Numbered from the stretch's first letter, positions 1 to 11,114 are shown. The stretch is DNA of 64,000 bases from Clostridium sp. CAG:452 (GCA_000434035.1 FR893523.1:81766-145765); one strand, 5' to 3'. Translations and numbers: made by a program. The notes: generated by a model from the letters alone, not told the origin.

Positions 1-3000
1 ATATTCAACAAATTAAAAGTTGGGCTAGCATCTGATGACAAAATAAGAGAATGGTCAAAAGGTGAAGTAAAAAAACCAGAGACAATCAATTATAGAACAT
101 TAAAACCAGAAAAAGATGGATTGTTCTGCGAAAAAATATTTGGACCTACAAAAGACTGGGAATGTCATTGTGGGAAATATAAAAGAGTAAGATATAAAGG
201 AATAATATGCGACAGATGTGGTGTTGAAGTAACAAAATCAAAAGTAAGACGTGAAAGAATGGGACATATAGAACTTGCTGCACCAGTTGCACACATTTGG
301 TATTTTAAAGGAATTCCAAGTAGAATAGCTTTAGTATTAGATATTTCACCAAGAAGCCTAGAAAAAGTTATATACTTTGCATCTTACATAGTAATAGATA
401 AAGGAACATCAGACTTAACAAAATGCCAGATCTTAACAGAAAAAGAATACAGAGAAGCAGAAGAAAAATTTGGTAAAGGTTCATTTGTTGCTAAAATGGG
501 AGCAGAAGCAATAAGAACATTATTGCAAGAAGTTGATATAGAAAAATTATCAGCAAAACTTAAAAAAGAAATAGAAAAAGCAAGTGAACAAAAAAGAGCA
601 AAACTTATAAAAAGATTAGATACAGTAGAAAGTTTTAGACTATCTGGTAACAAACCAGAATGGATGATAATGAGTGTTATTCCAGTAATACCACCAGAGT
701 TAAGACCAATGGTTCAATTAGATGGTGGAAGATTTGCTACATCAGATTTAAATGATTTATATAGAAGAGTTATAAACAGAAACAATAGATTAAAAAGATT
801 ATTAGAATTAGGTGCACCAGAAATAATTGTAAGAAACGAAAAAAGAATGTTACAAGAATCTGTAGATGCATTAATAGATAATGGAAGACGTGGAAGACCA
901 GTAACAGGTGCCGGAAACAGAGCATTAAAATCTTTATCAGATATGCTAAAAGGAAAACAAGGACGTTTCCGTCAAAACTTATTAGGAAAACGTGTTGACT
1001 ACTCAGGACGTTCAGTTATTGTTGTAGGACCAGAACTAAAAATTTATCAATGTGGACTTCCAAAAGAAATGGCAATAGAGCTATTTAAACCTTTTGTAAT
1101 GAAAGAATTAGTTGGAAGAGGATTAGCACACAACATAAAAAATGCAAAAAGAATGGTAGAAAAATTAAGACCAGAAGTATGGGATATATTAGAAGAAGTA
1201 ATTACTGATCATCCAGTAATGCTAAACCGTGCTCCTACACTACATAGACTAGGTATTCAAGCATTTGAGCCAGTATTAGTAGAAGGAAGAGCAATAAAAC
1301 TTCATCCATTAGTTTGTACAGCATTCAATGCTGACTTCGACGGTGACCAAATGGCAGTTCACGTTCCATTATCACCAGAAGCACAAGCAGAAGCAAGATA
1401 CTTAATGTTATCTGTAAACAACCTTTTAAAACCACAAGATGGTAAACCAGTTACAGTACCAACACAAGATATGATACTTGGTAGTTACTATCTAACAATG
1501 CAAATAGATGGAGAAAAAGGTGAAGGTATGTACTTTAAAGACGTTGACGAAGCATTACTTGCTTACCAAAACGGAGACGTTGGATTACATGCAAAAATAA
1601 AAGTAAGAGTAACAAAGGAAATAGATGGAGAAAAGAAAACAAAAACAATAGTAGCAACAGTAGGAAGACTTATATACAATGAAGAAATTCCACAAGATTT
1701 AGGATTTGTAGATAGAACAGACCCAGAAAAAGAATTTGACCTAGAAATAGACTTTGCAGTTATGAAAAAGAATCTAGGAACAATTATTGCGAAATGTATA
1801 GATAAACATGGATTAAACAGATCAGCAGAATTACTAGACTATATTAAAGCATTAGGATATAAATATGCTACAAAAGGTGCATTTACAGTGTCTGTACATG
1901 ATGTTGCAGTACCAAAAGCTAAAAAGAAAATACTAGCAGATAGTGAAAAACAAGTAGAAGAAGTATGGAAACAATATAAACGTGGTTTAATAACAGAAGA
2001 CGAAAGATATTCATCAATAATTAAAATATGGGAAAAAGCAACAAATGATGTTACAGATGCAATGAAAGACAACTTTGATGAATTAAACCCAATATACATG
2101 ATGGCTCAATCAGGAGCAAGAGGTAACATGAACCAATTACGTCAAATAGCAGGTATGCGTGGACTTATGGCTAATACATCTGGTAAAGCAGTTGAAATAC
2201 CAATTAGATCTTGCTTTAGAGAGGGACTTGATGTTCTAGAATACTTCATTTCTTCACATGGTGCTAGAAAAGGTTTAGCAGATACAGCTTTAAGAACAGC
2301 CGATTCTGGATACTTAACAAGAAGATTAGTTGATGTTGCTCAAGACATAATCGTAAGAGAACATGACTGTGGAACAACAGAAGGAATAGAAATAGAAGAT
2401 ATTAAAGATGGAAATCAAATAATAGAAAAATTACATGAAAGACTAATAGGAAGATATGCACTTCATGATATAGTAAATCCAACAACAGGTGAATTAATTG
2501 TTGATAATGATACACTAATTACACCAGACATAGCAGATAAAATTATAAATGCTGGAATAAACAAAGTAGAAGTTCGTTCAGTATTAGAATGTAAAACAAA
2601 ACACGGTGTATGTGCTAAATGTTATGGTATGGGACTTGCAACAAGAAAAGAAGTAAACATAGGAGAAGCAGTTGGTATTATAGCAGCACAATCAATTGGT
2701 GAACCAGGTACACAGCTTACAATGAGAACATTCCATACAGGTGGTGTAGCTGGAGGAGATATTACACAAGGTTTACCTAGAGTTGAAGAGTTGTTTGAAG
2801 CTAGAAAACCAAAAGGATTAGCAGTAATTTCCGAAATAGATGGAACAGTAAAAATAGAAGAAGTTAAAAAGAGAAAAGAAGTTACAGTTACAAGCAAAGA
2901 CAACTCAAAAACATATGTTATTAGCTTTGGTTCAAAACTAAAGGTAAAAGAAGGAGACCAAATAAAAGCTGGTGATCCAATTACAGAAGGTTCAATAAAT

Positions 3001-3510
3001 CCAAATGAAATATTAGATATAAAAGGACCAGAAGGAGTATATAATTATTTAACATCAGAAGTACAAAAAGTTTATAGAAACCAAGGTGTTGATATCAATG
3101 ATAAACATATAGAAGTTATAGGAAGACAAATGTTAAAAAGAATTAGAGTTGATGATAATGGTGATACTTCAATGTTTGCAGGTTCATTAGTAGATATACA
3201 TGAATTTAATGAAGAAAACGAAAAAATAAAAGAAGAAGGACTAAGACCAGCAACAGGAACAAGAGCATTACTAGGTATAACAAAAGCATCATTAGCAACA
3301 GAAAGTTTCTTATCAGCAGCATCATTCCAAGAGACAACAAGAGTATTAACAGAAGCTGCAATAAAAGGAAAAGTAGATTCATTAATAGGTCTAAAAGAAA
3401 ATGTAATCATAGGAAAATTAATTCCAGCAGGAACAGGAATGCCAGGTTACAGAAACATAAAGATAAATACAGAAGAACAAGAAGAACAAACAGGCGAATC
3501 AGTAGAATAA
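1..3510 (+). CDS. rpoC: DNA-directed RNA polymerase subunit beta-prime (5' end outside window)
   Basis: Frame 1 is open from base 1 and continuous with ORF 121..3510. Catalytic [12 protein letters not shown] motif and N-terminal Zn-finger CHCGKY..CDRCG are present. Confidence 0.97.
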   Translation: MFNKLKVGLASDDKIREWSKGEVKKPETINYRTLKPEKDGLFCEKIFGPTKDWECHCGKYKRVRYKGIICDRCGVEVTKSKVRRERMGHIELAAPVAHIWYFKGIPSRIALVLDISPRSLEKVIYFASYIVIDKGTSDLTKCQILTEKEYREAEEKFGKGSFVAKMGAEAIRTLLQEVDIEKLSAKLKKEIEKASEQKRAKLIKRLDTVESFRLSGNKPEWMIMSVIPVIPPELRPMVQLDGGRFATSDLNDLYRRVINRNNRLKRLLELGAPEIIVRNEKRMLQESVDALIDNGRRGRPVTGAGNRALKSLSDMLKGKQGRFRQNLLGKRVDYSGRSVIVVGPELKIYQCGLPKEMAIELFKPFVMKELVGRGLAHNIKNAKRMVEKLRPEVWDILEEVITDHPVMLNRAPTLHRLGIQAFEPVLVEGRAIKLHPLVCTAFNADFDGDQMAVHVPLSPEAQAEARYLMLSVNNLLKPQDGKPVTVPTQDMILGSYYLTMQIDGEKGEGMYFKDVDEALLAYQNGDVGLHAKIKVRVTKEIDGEKKTKTIVATVGRLIYNEEIPQDLGFVDRTDPEKEFDLEIDFAVMKKNLGTIIAKCIDKHGLNRSAELLDYIKALGYKYATKGAFTVSVHDVAVPKAKKKILADSEKQVEEVWKQYKRGLITEDERYSSIIKIWEKATNDVTDAMKDNFDELNPIYMMAQSGARGNMNQLRQIAGMRGLMANTSGKAVEIPIRSCFREGLDVLEYFISSHGARKGLADTALRTADSGYLTRRLVDVAQDIIVREHDCGTTEGIEIEDIKDGNQIIEKLHERLIGRYALHDIVNPTTGELIVDNDTLITPDIADKIINAGINKVEVRSVLECKTKHGVCAKCYGMGLATRKEVNIGEAVGIIAAQSIGEPGTQLTMRTFHTGGVAGGDITQGLPRVEELFEARKPKGLAVISEIDGTVKIEEVKKRKEVTVTSKDNSKTYVISFGSKLKVKEGDQIKAGDPITEGSINPNEILDIKGPEGVYNYLTSEVQKVYRNQGVDINDKHIEVIGRQMLKRIRVDDNGDTSMFAGSLVDIHEFNEENEKIKEEGLRPATGTRALLGITKASLATESFLSAASFQETTRVLTEAAIKGKVDSLIGLKENVIIGKLIPAGTGMPGYRNIKINTEEQEEQTGESVE

Positions 3511-3513
3511 ACA

Positions 3514-3552
3514 AAAACCTCAATAGATATTTAAAATCTATTGAGGTTTTTT
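3514..3552 (+). terminator. rho-independent terminator after rpoC
   Basis: Hairpin aaaacctcaataga / tctattgaggtttt followed by a T-run. Confidence 0.8.
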
Positions 3553-3658
3553 GTTGGACAGAAAAATTGTAATGTTAAAATTTAAAATCTTTATTGCTTT
3601 ATAATAATCTAAATGGTAGAATTAGACTAATAAATCAAAAGATTAGGAGGAGTTTTAT

Positions 3659-4225
3659 ATGAAAAAATCATCAATAGTAATTTTAGCAGTAATAGCAATT
3701 GTAATTATTATAATTGCAATGTTTGTATCAAGTTATAATAACATTGTTGCAAAAGCAGAAGAAGTAGATAATAAATTTGCTGCAGTTGATACACAATTAC
3801 AAAGGAGAGCAGATTTAATACCGAATTTAGTTAATACAGTAAAGGGGTATGCGAAACAAGAACAAGACGTTATAAACTCAGTAACAGAAGCAAGAGCAAA
3901 ATTGGCTGGGGCTACAACAGTTTCGGACAAAGCAAAAGCAGATGAAGAATTAACAAGTGCATTAAACAGATTAATGGTAGTAGTTGAAAATTATCCAGAT
4001 TTAAAATCTTCACAAAACTTTATTCAACTTTCAGACGAGTTATCAGGAACAGAAAATCGTATTGCAACAGCAAGAAGAGACTATAACGAAGCTGTAAAAG
4101 AATATAATTTAAAAATTAAAAGATTTCCTACAAATTTAATGGCAGGAATGTTTGGATATAGTCAAAGAGATTATTTTGAAGCTTCAGAACAAAGTAAGGA
4201 GGTTCCAAATGTTAACTTTGACTAA
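3659..4225 (+). CDS. lemA: LemA family membrane protein
   Basis: N-terminal TM helix. LemA-typical QLQRRADLIPNLV and ENYPDLK segments. GGAGG RBS upstream. Confidence 0.85.
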   Translation: MKKSSIVILAVIAIVIIIIAMFVSSYNNIVAKAEEVDNKFAAVDTQLQRRADLIPNLVNTVKGYAKQEQDVINSVTEARAKLAGATTVSDKAKADEELTSALNRLMVVVENYPDLKSSQNFIQLSDELSGTENRIATARRDYNEAVKEYNLKIKRFPTNLMAGMFGYSQRDYFEASEQSKEVPNVNFD

Positions 4226-5051
4226 AAATAAAAAGCTCTTTGGACTAATAATGCTAATATTTACAATATTAGCATTTTATTATACAACATACGCGGTAGT
4301 AAGTCCTAAAACTAATTTTTATGTGAATGACTATGCAGATGTATTATCAGAAGAAACAGAAAACTATATATTAAATTCAAATATTGATTTGCAGAGTAAA
4401 ACAAAAGCACAAATTGTAGTTGTAACTGTCAAAACTTTAGATGGAAAAACAATAGAAGAATATGCAACAGAGTTATTTAGAGAATTTGGAATAGGGGATA
4501 AGGAAAAAAATAATGGAGTACTTTTATTATGTTCTACAGGGGATAGAATGTTTAGAATAGAAGTAGGTTATGGGCTAGAAGGAGCATTACCAGATGGAAA
4601 AACAGGAAGAATACAAGATCAATATATAATTCCATATTTGAAAAACGATAACTATGATGAAGGAATAAAAAATGGATTTAGTGCAATATTAGAAGAAGTC
4701 TGCAAAGAGTATAATATAGAAATTTCAGGAGCACAAAAATCAAAGTTAGTACAAGATAGCTCTGATGAAGTTCTTATGGTTTTAATAATGATTTCTTTAA
4801 TAATATCAACAATTATGAAATTTATTTCTAAAAATATAGTTAAATTGATTTATTTAGGTATTATATTTATTGTTTCTTGGATAGTTATAAAGTCTTTTAG
4901 TATTGCAATAATAATTTTGCTAATTAATATGGCAATAGTTTTTGTTAAAGATCTTGGTGGAGATTATTCTGGAGGAGGAAGTTCTTCAGGAGGAGGATTT
5001 TCTGGTGGCGGAGGGTCTTCCGGTGGCGGAGGAAGTTCGAGAAGTTTTTAA
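4209..5051 (+). CDS. TPM-domain (DUF477) membrane protein with Gly/Ser-rich tail
   Basis: ATG at 4209 overlaps the lemA end. Signal/TM segment, then YVNDYADVLS..QIVVVTV..GVLLL..RIEVGYGLEG typical of TPM domains, C-terminal TM helices and a GGGSS repeat. Confidence 0.8.
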   Translation: MLTLTKNKKLFGLIMLIFTILAFYYTTYAVVSPKTNFYVNDYADVLSEETENYILNSNIDLQSKTKAQIVVVTVKTLDGKTIEEYATELFREFGIGDKEKNNGVLLLCSTGDRMFRIEVGYGLEGALPDGKTGRIQDQYIIPYLKNDNYDEGIKNGFSAILEEVCKEYNIEISGAQKSKLVQDSSDEVLMVLIMISLIISTIMKFISKNIVKLIYLGIIFIVSWIVIKSFSIAIIILLINMAIVFVKDLGGDYSGGGSSSGGGFSGGGGSSGGGGSSRSF

Positions 5052-5080
5052 CAAATAGAATGAGAAAAAAAGTTATGCAA

Positions 5081-5187
5081 ATTGGAATTTGTGTGAGGGG
5101 GAATTCTAGGGACTGTCCCTTAAAATCACCAAACCTGGGGATTTTGGCGACTGTCCTGAATTCATCCGGAACTAAACAAATTCCAAT
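5081..5187 (+). mobile_element. MITE-like palindromic element, copy A (107 bp)
   Basis: 12-bp terminal inverted repeats ATTGGAATTTGT / ACAAATTCCAAT. Near-identical to 10807..10913 and, in reverse complement, to 48421..48527. Confidence 0.8.
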
Positions 5188-5338
5188 TTATTTAATAAAA
5201 AAATAAAATAATTTATAATTTTGGTTGAAATGAGGCAAATGTAATGTTACAATAAAAATGTTGTAAAATATGACAAAAAAAGTGGAAAAATGAAGAGAAT
5301 TGTATAAAACTCTTCAAAAATCGAATAGGGGGACTAGC

Positions 5339-6286
5339 ATGAACGATATTAAAGTTTTTGCCTGCAATTCAGCAGAAGAATTTACAAAAGAAATATGTGA
5401 TAATTTAGGAATTGAAATGGGACAAAAAGATTCCTTTAAATTTGCAAATGATAACAATTTTGTACAACTAAAAGAAACAGTTAGAGAAAAAGACGTATAC
5501 ATTGTACAAACAACACAGCCACCAGTTAATGAAAGAATAATGGAGTTACTAATAACTGTAGAAGCAGCTAAAAGAGCAGGAGCAAGAAGAGTAACAGCAG
5601 TTTTACCATACTTCATGTATTCAAGATCAGATAAAAAAGATCAATCAAGAGTGCCAGTAACAGCAAAATTAATGGCAACATTGTTAGAAGCAGCAGGAGT
5701 AGATCATGTTCTTACATGTGACCTACATAATCCAGCAATCCAAGCATATTTTAATATAATATGTGATAGAGTAACAGCAAAACACTTATTGGAGAAATAT
5801 TTCCAAGAAAAACAAATAAAAGATATGGTAGTTGTAGCAACAGATGCAGGAAGTTCAAAAAAAGCATATAAATATTCTAAATTCTTTGAGTGCCCACTAG
5901 CGTTAATAGATAAAAGAAGAGAATCAAACAATGACAATGCAGTAGCAACAAACATAATAGGAGATATAGAAGGTAAAACAGCAGTAATATTTGATGATGA
6001 AGTTAGCACAGCAGGAACTTTAGTAGAAGCAGCACATATATTAAAAGAACATGGAGCAAAGGAAATTTATGCAGGAGCAACACATGGAGTACTAGTAGGA
6101 CCAGCAATAGAAAGAATAGAAAAATCACCAATAAAAGAATTAGTAGTAACAAATACAATTCCAATTGAGCCAGAAAAAAGAATAGACAAAATAAAAGTAG
6201 TTTCAATAGCACCTCTATTTGCGGAAGCAATAAAAAGATTAAATGAAGCAAAACCATTAGGAGATTTATTCGAATACGACAAATAA
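5339..6286 (+). CDS. prs: ribose-phosphate pyrophosphokinase
   Basis: MNDIKVFACNS.. start at ATG 5339. Prs motifs DLHNPAIQAYF and VVATDAGSSKKA. Confidence 0.93.
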   Translation: MNDIKVFACNSAEEFTKEICDNLGIEMGQKDSFKFANDNNFVQLKETVREKDVYIVQTTQPPVNERIMELLITVEAAKRAGARRVTAVLPYFMYSRSDKKDQSRVPVTAKLMATLLEAAGVDHVLTCDLHNPAIQAYFNIICDRVTAKHLLEKYFQEKQIKDMVVVATDAGSSKKAYKYSKFFECPLALIDKRRESNNDNAVATNIIGDIEGKTAVIFDDEVSTAGTLVEAAHILKEHGAKEIYAGATHGVLVGPAIERIEKSPIKELVVTNTIPIEPEKRIDKIKVVSIAPLFAEAIKRLNEAKPLGDLFEYDK

Positions 6287-6312
6287 GATGGTACTCTAAA
6301 ATGTAGAGAAAA

Positions 6313-6356
6313 TGTAGGGGTCGCACTCCTGAGCGACCCATTCTTCGAAGGCATTT
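6313..6356. repeat. GC-rich REP-like hairpin element (GTAGGGG family)
   Basis: tgtaggggtcgcactcctgagcgaccc..tcgaaggc is shared with 8516..8570. Stem GGGTCGC/GCGACCC. Confidence 0.7.
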
Positions 6357-6394
6357 CTTAAATAATATTTTTCCCAAAAACCAAATCTAAATTA

Positions 6395-6423
6395 TTGACA
6401 ATTATTAACTTTTAATATATAAT
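6395..6423 (+). promoter_or_regulatory. consensus sigma-A type promoter upstream of rpsU
   Basis: TTGACA, 17 nt spacer, TATAAT. Confidence 0.55.
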
Positions 6424-6490
6424 AGTAAAAGTTAAAAAATCCCACAAGACGAGGCAGATAGCAGTAGTGATAGTGAGGGGAGGGAAATAA

Positions 6491-6661
6491 ATGTCAGAAG
6501 TTAAAGTTAATAATGGTAATATAGAAGACGCATTAAAAAGATTTAAAAGACAATGCGTAAGAAATGGTGTTCTACAAGAGGTTAGAAAAAGAGAACATTA
6601 CGAAAAACCAAGTGTAAAAAGAAAGAAAAAATCAGAAGCAGCAAGAAAAAGAAAATTTTAA
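6491..6661 (+). CDS. rpsU: 30S ribosomal protein S21
   Basis: 56-aa [59 protein letters not shown], below the ORF-track length cutoff. GAGGGGAGGG RBS. Confidence 0.92.
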   Translation: MSEVKVNNGNIEDALKRFKRQCVRNGVLQEVRKREHYEKPSVKRKKKSEAARKRKF

Positions 6662-6725
6662 AAGTATTAAAGGTGGAAGTTAGGAGGAATAGCTTTCATC
6701 TTTTTTGTTTAAAGGAGGAAAAAAT

Positions 6726-7166
6726 ATGTTAAAAGAAAAATTAATGGAAGACTTAAAAGAAGCAATGAAGGAAAAAGAAGTATTAAAGAAGAATGTTGTT
6801 CAAATGATAAGAGCAGCAATTTTGCAAGTAGAAAAAGACAAACAAATAGAACTAAATGATGATCAAATATTAGAAATAATAGCAAAAGAAGCTAAAAAAA
6901 GAAAAGAATCATTGGCAGATTACGAGAAAAGCGGAAGAGAAGACTTGATAAATCAAGTTAAAGAAGAAATAGAAATAATAAATAAATATCTTCCAGAACA
7001 AATGGAAAAAGAAGAAATAGAAAAAATAGTAAAAGAAATAGTAGAAGAAACAGGAGCAACAACAATAAAAGACATGGGAAAAGTAATGAAAATTGCAAAA
7101 GAAAGAATAGGAACAAGAGCAGATGGAAAAGATATAAGTGATGCAGTTAAGAAAATATTGGCATAA
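6726..7166 (+). CDS. yqeY: GatB/YqeY domain protein
   Basis: MLKEKLMEDLKEAMK.. start at ATG 6726 after AAAGGAGG. Conserved rpsU-yqeY synteny as in Bacillus. Confidence 0.85.
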   Translation: MLKEKLMEDLKEAMKEKEVLKKNVVQMIRAAILQVEKDKQIELNDDQILEIIAKEAKKRKESLADYEKSGREDLINQVKEEIEIINKYLPEQMEKEEIEKIVKEIVEETGATTIKDMGKVMKIAKERIGTRADGKDISDAVKKILA

Positions 7167-7190
7167 ATAAAATAAAAAGGAGAATCTATA

Positions 7191-8465
7191 ATGGCATATA
7201 TAACAAAAGAAATAAAAAAAGGTATAAAATTACATTGCATAGAAACAGAAAAATTTAAAACAAATTTGTTAGCAATGTTTATAACACTACCATTAACAAG
7301 AGAAAACGTTACATTTGATAGTGTTATACCAGCTGTTCTTAAAAGAGGAACAGAAAAATTAAAAACACAAGAAGAAATTTCAAAGAAATTAGAAAACATG
7401 TATGGTGCAGCTTTTGATTGCGGTATAGAAAAAATAGGAGATAACCATGTAATTAAATTTTATTTAGAAGCACTAAACGATAATTTTATACCAAAAGAAG
7501 CAAATCAAGATTTGTTAAGAGAAAGCGTAGAGCTTTTACTAGATATAATATTAAACCCATTAGTAGAAAACAATGCATTTAAATCAGACTATGTTAGCTC
7601 AGAAAAAGAGAACATAAAAGTTTTAATAGAATCAAAAATAGATAATAAAGATGCATATGCATTTAACAGATGTGTTGAAGAAATGTATAAAGACAAACCT
7701 TATGGGTTATACAAATATGGATATATAGAAGATTTAGATAAAATAAATGAAAAAAATCTCTACAACTATTACAAAGAATTAATTGCAAATAGTAAAATAG
7801 ACATATTTATTTCTGGTGCTTTAAACGCAGAAAAAACAGCAAAAGTAGTAGAAGAAAATGAGAACATTAAAAAACTTTCAGAAAGAGATGGCAAACGTAT
7901 ACTAGGTGGAGAAAAATCTATAGAGAGCAAAGAAATCCACACAATAGAGGAAAAGATGGATATAACACAAGGAAAACTAGTAATGGGATTAGATGTAGAA
8001 AACATAAATGAAGAAGATAAATTTAAAGTAGCAATATATAATGTAATACTAGGAGAAAGTGCTACATCAAAATTATTTCAGAATGTAAGAGAAAAAGCAA
8101 GCTTGGCATATACAGCACGTTCAAACTATGTAAGACAAAAGTCTAATATATATATTAGATGTGGAATAGAAATAGGAAATTATGAAAAAGCAGTAAAAAT
8201 AATAAAAGAACAATTAGAAGATATGAAAAACGGTAAATTTACCGAAGAAGATATAAAAAATGCAAAAAAATATATGACATCAGGAATAGAATCAATACAA
8301 GATGAACAAGATTCAGAAATAACATATTATTTAGGACAAGAACTATCACAAAAATTAACAACATTTAAAGAATATGCACAAAAAATAGAAGAAGTTACAG
8401 CAGAAGATGTAAAAGAAGTAGCAAATAAAATAAAAATAAATACAATATATTTTTTGAGAAATTAG
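7191..8465 (+). CDS. M16 (pitrilysin) family peptidase-like protein, no HxxEH motif
   Basis: 424 aa with insulinase-like architecture. Paired with the downstream M16 gene, as in YmfF/YmfH-type pairs. Confidence 0.75.
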   Translation: MAYITKEIKKGIKLHCIETEKFKTNLLAMFITLPLTRENVTFDSVIPAVLKRGTEKLKTQEEISKKLENMYGAAFDCGIEKIGDNHVIKFYLEALNDNFIPKEANQDLLRESVELLLDIILNPLVENNAFKSDYVSSEKENIKVLIESKIDNKDAYAFNRCVEEMYKDKPYGLYKYGYIEDLDKINEKNLYNYYKELIANSKIDIFISGALNAEKTAKVVEENENIKKLSERDGKRILGGEKSIESKEIHTIEEKMDITQGKLVMGLDVENINEEDKFKVAIYNVILGESATSKLFQNVREKASLAYTARSNYVRQKSNIYIRCGIEIGNYEKAVKIIKEQLEDMKNGKFTEEDIKNAKKYMTSGIESIQDEQDSEITYYLGQELSQKLTTFKEYAQKIEEVTAEDVKEVANKIKINTIYFLRN

Positions 8466-8474
8466 AGATACAAA

Positions 8475-8502
8475 GGGAATTTCTAAGGACTGTCCTGAAT
8501 TG
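8475..8502 (+). repeat. collapsed remnant of the MITE-like element
   Basis: gggaatttctaaggactgtcctgaatt joins the two internal arms of the 107-bp element. Confidence 0.4.
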
Positions 8503-8515
8503 TAAATGTAATATA

Positions 8516-8570
8516 TTGCAAACGTTGTAGGGGTCGCACTCCTGGGCGACCCAAAGACATCGAAGGCTTT
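8516..8570. repeat. GC-rich REP-like hairpin element (GTAGGGG family)
   Basis: ttgcaaacgttgtaggggtcgcactcctgggcgaccc..tcgaaggc. Its 5' part also occurs at 56218 and its hairpin part at 6313. Confidence 0.7.
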
Positions 8571-8577
8571 GCAATAG

Positions 8578-8610
8578 CTGTAGGGGGAGGACCCTGTGTT
8601 CGCAAAAAAA
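8578..8610. repeat. degenerate GTAGGGG-family element
   Basis: ctgtagggggaggaccctgtgttcgcaaaaaaa parallels gttgtaggggcgggccctgtgtccgccaaaaaa at 56225. Confidence 0.5.
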
Positions 8611-8683
8611 GGGTGAATTCAGGACAGTCCCCAAAATCCCCAGGTTTGGTGATTTTGAGGGACAGTCCCTAGAATTCCCCTCA
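8611..8683 (-). mobile_element. truncated MITE-like element lacking both terminal repeats
   Basis: gggtgaattcaggacagtccccaaaatccccaggtttggtgattttgagggacagtccctagaattcccctca matches the core of copy C. Confidence 0.7.
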
Positions 8684-8714
8684 ACCTCGAATATACAGAA
8701 AAAGGAGAGAAACT

Positions 8715-10004
8715 ATGCAAATTATAGAAAACTTACAAGTCAAAGAAAAATTATATACCGAAAAATTAGAAAATGGCTTAAATATAATGATTATACCTAA
8801 AAAGGGTATAAAGAAAAAATATGTAATGTGGGCAACACATTATGGTTCAATGGACAATAAATTTGTTGTGCCAGGAGAAGATAAAGAAACAGAGGTTCCA
8901 GACGGCGTTGCACACTTTTTAGAGCATAAAATGTTCGAACAACCAAATGGGACAAATAGTTTAGATACATTAACAGCACTAGGAGTAAATGCGAATGCAT
9001 ATACAACAACAAATCACACAGCATATTTATTTGAATCAACAGATAACTTCTATGAAGCATTAGATGAACTTATGGATTATGTACAACATCCATACTTTAC
9101 AGACCAAAATGTGGAAAAAGAAAAAGGCATTATAGGTCAAGAAATAATGATGTATGACGACTATCCAGATTGGGCTGTATACATGAATGCTTTAAAATGC
9201 ATGTATAAAAATAATGCAATAACAATAGATATAGCAGGTTCAATAGATTCAATAGCAAAAATAGACAAAGATGTATTATATAAATGCTACAATACATTTT
9301 ATAATCCTTCAAATATGGTAATGGGATTTTGCGGAGATTTTGAACCAGAAGAATTAATAAAAGAAATAAAGAAAAGATTAATAGAAAAACCAAATCAAGG
9401 AGAAATAAAAAGAATTTACGATCCAAAAGAAGAGGGAATTGTTAGCAAAAGCAAAAAAACTCAAATGGAAGTAAGCATGCCAATTTTTGTAATAGGAATA
9501 AAAGATGATACTTCAAATGCAAAAGAAGAAATAGTAAAAAAACATTTAGCAATAGAAATATTATTAAACATGATTATAGGAAAAAGCTCTAGAACATACA
9601 AAAAATTATATGAAGAGCAACTATTAATATCAGAACCATTTGTAGAATATGAATTTGGAGATAATTTTGCACATATAGCAATAACAGGACAATCAAAAAA
9701 TCCAGAATTAGTATTAAAAGAAATACAAGAAGAAATAAATAATCTAAAACAAGACGGATTAGATGAAGAACACTTTAACAGAATAAAAAATATGCTTTAT
9801 GGAACAGCTGTAAAAGAATTTAACAATGTTTCAGATATAGTAAGAATGTTCGTTTCAGACTACTTTAAAGGAATAAACAGTTTTGACTATTTAGAAACAT
9901 ATAAACAAATTACAAAAGAATATGCAAAACAAATTTTAAATAATGTGTTTAAAGAAGAAAACACAATAATATCAGTAGTAGAGCCAAAAGATAAAACAAA
10001 TTAA
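8715..10004 (+). CDS. M16 family zinc peptidase
   Basis: HFLEH (HxxEH) zinc-binding motif followed by ..NAYTT... Confidence 0.85.
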   Translation: MQIIENLQVKEKLYTEKLENGLNIMIIPKKGIKKKYVMWATHYGSMDNKFVVPGEDKETEVPDGVAHFLEHKMFEQPNGTNSLDTLTALGVNANAYTTTNHTAYLFESTDNFYEALDELMDYVQHPYFTDQNVEKEKGIIGQEIMMYDDYPDWAVYMNALKCMYKNNAITIDIAGSIDSIAKIDKDVLYKCYNTFYNPSNMVMGFCGDFEPEELIKEIKKRLIEKPNQGEIKRIYDPKEEGIVSKSKKTQMEVSMPIFVIGIKDDTSNAKEEIVKKHLAIEILLNMIIGKSSRTYKKLYEEQLLISEPFVEYEFGDNFAHIAITGQSKNPELVLKEIQEEINNLKQDGLDEEHFNRIKNMLYGTAVKEFNNVSDIVRMFVSDYFKGINSFDYLETYKQITKEYAKQILNNVFKEENTIISVVEPKDKTN

Positions 10005-10025
10005 CTTATAAAAATAGAGGTAAAA

Positions 10026-10822
10026 ATGAACACTATTACATTTCCAGGACTAAATTTAATATTTAATATATCTAGAATAGCATTTTCAATAAATAGCATA
10101 CACATTTATTGGTATGCTATTCTAATAGTTTTAGCCATTATTATTGGAATAATAATATTTAAAGTAAATGACCGGAAAGTATGGAATAAAATTTGCAGAT
10201 ATAATAGACTTATGCATATTTTTAATACCAATTTCAATAATATGTGCAAGGCTATACTATGTATTATTTGAGATAGACTATTACATAAAAGAACCATTGC
10301 AAATTTTCAATTTAAGAAATGGCGGACTTGCAATATATGGTGGAATAATAGGTGGAGCAGTTACCTGTTATATATATTGCAAAAAGAAAAAAATAAATAT
10401 ATTGGACTTATTAGATTTTATAGTACCATGTTTAGCACTTCGGACAAGCAATTGGAAGATGGGGAAACTTCATAAATGTAGAAGCATACGGTGCACAAAC
10501 AAATTTACCATGGAGAATGGGAATATATGAAGCAGGAAAATATATAGAAGTACATCCAACTTTCTTGTATGAATCAATAGCAACACTTACAATATTTATA
10601 ATACTTACAGTAGTATCTAAAAATAGAAAATTCAAAGGTCAAATAACATATTTATACTTAATAATGTATTCATTTGCAAGAGCAATAATAGAAGGACTAA
10701 GAACAGACAGTCTAATGCTAGGACCAATAAGAATATCACAAGTTTTGTCAATAATTATATTCATAATGACGGTGATAGCGTATATTAAAAGAGTAAAATC
10801 AGATAAATTGGAATTTGTGTGA
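10026..10822 (+). CDS. lgt: prolipoprotein diacylglyceryl transferase, full length only after two +1 shifts (at 10173 and 10441)
   Basis: Three ORFs (10026.., 10168.., 10517..) join into one Lgt with GQAIGRWGNF, HPTFLYES and RTDSL motifs. The last 4 codons and the stop lie inside MITE copy B. Confidence 0.9.
10173..10176 (+). other. frame transition (+1) at in-frame CGG: GAC-CGG-A
   Basis: The upstream frame reads ..KVND then CGG. The downstream frame starts at GGA 10174 (..GKYGIKFADIIDL). Confidence 0.85.
10441..10444 (+). other. frame transition (+1) at in-frame CGG: CTT-CGG-A
   Basis: ..PCLAL then CGG. GGA at 10442 begins GQAIGRWGNFINVEAYG. Confidence 0.9.
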
Positions 10823-10913
10823 GGGGGAATTCTAGGGGCTGTCCCTTAAAATCACCAAACCTGGGGATTTTGGGGACTGTCCTGAATTCATCCGGAACTA
10901 AACAAATTCCAAT
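10807..10913 (+). mobile_element. MITE-like palindromic element, copy B (107 bp)
   Basis: Same TIRs as copy A, with about 3 mismatches to it. Overlaps the 3' end of lgt. Confidence 0.8.
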
Positions 10914-11114
10914 TTGTCGTTTTTTTTTATTTCTTGACAAAATGAAAAACAAAATATATTAAAATCTAAACAGATGTTAAAAAATAGAGAAATATGACAT
11001 ACGAAATTTATTCAAAAAACAGCATTTTTGCTGTTTTTTTATTGACCTAAATGTAAAAATATGGTATTTTATTAATATACAAAAGAAAAAATTAATAAAA
11101 GGAGTGAAAAGTCT

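Noticed and set aside
5060-5206. 48-codon ORF (MRKKVMQIGICVRGNSRDCPL...) reading through MITE copy A
   Set aside because: It has no RBS. The other MITE copies are read in different frames or orientations and contain stops, so it is likely fortuitous.
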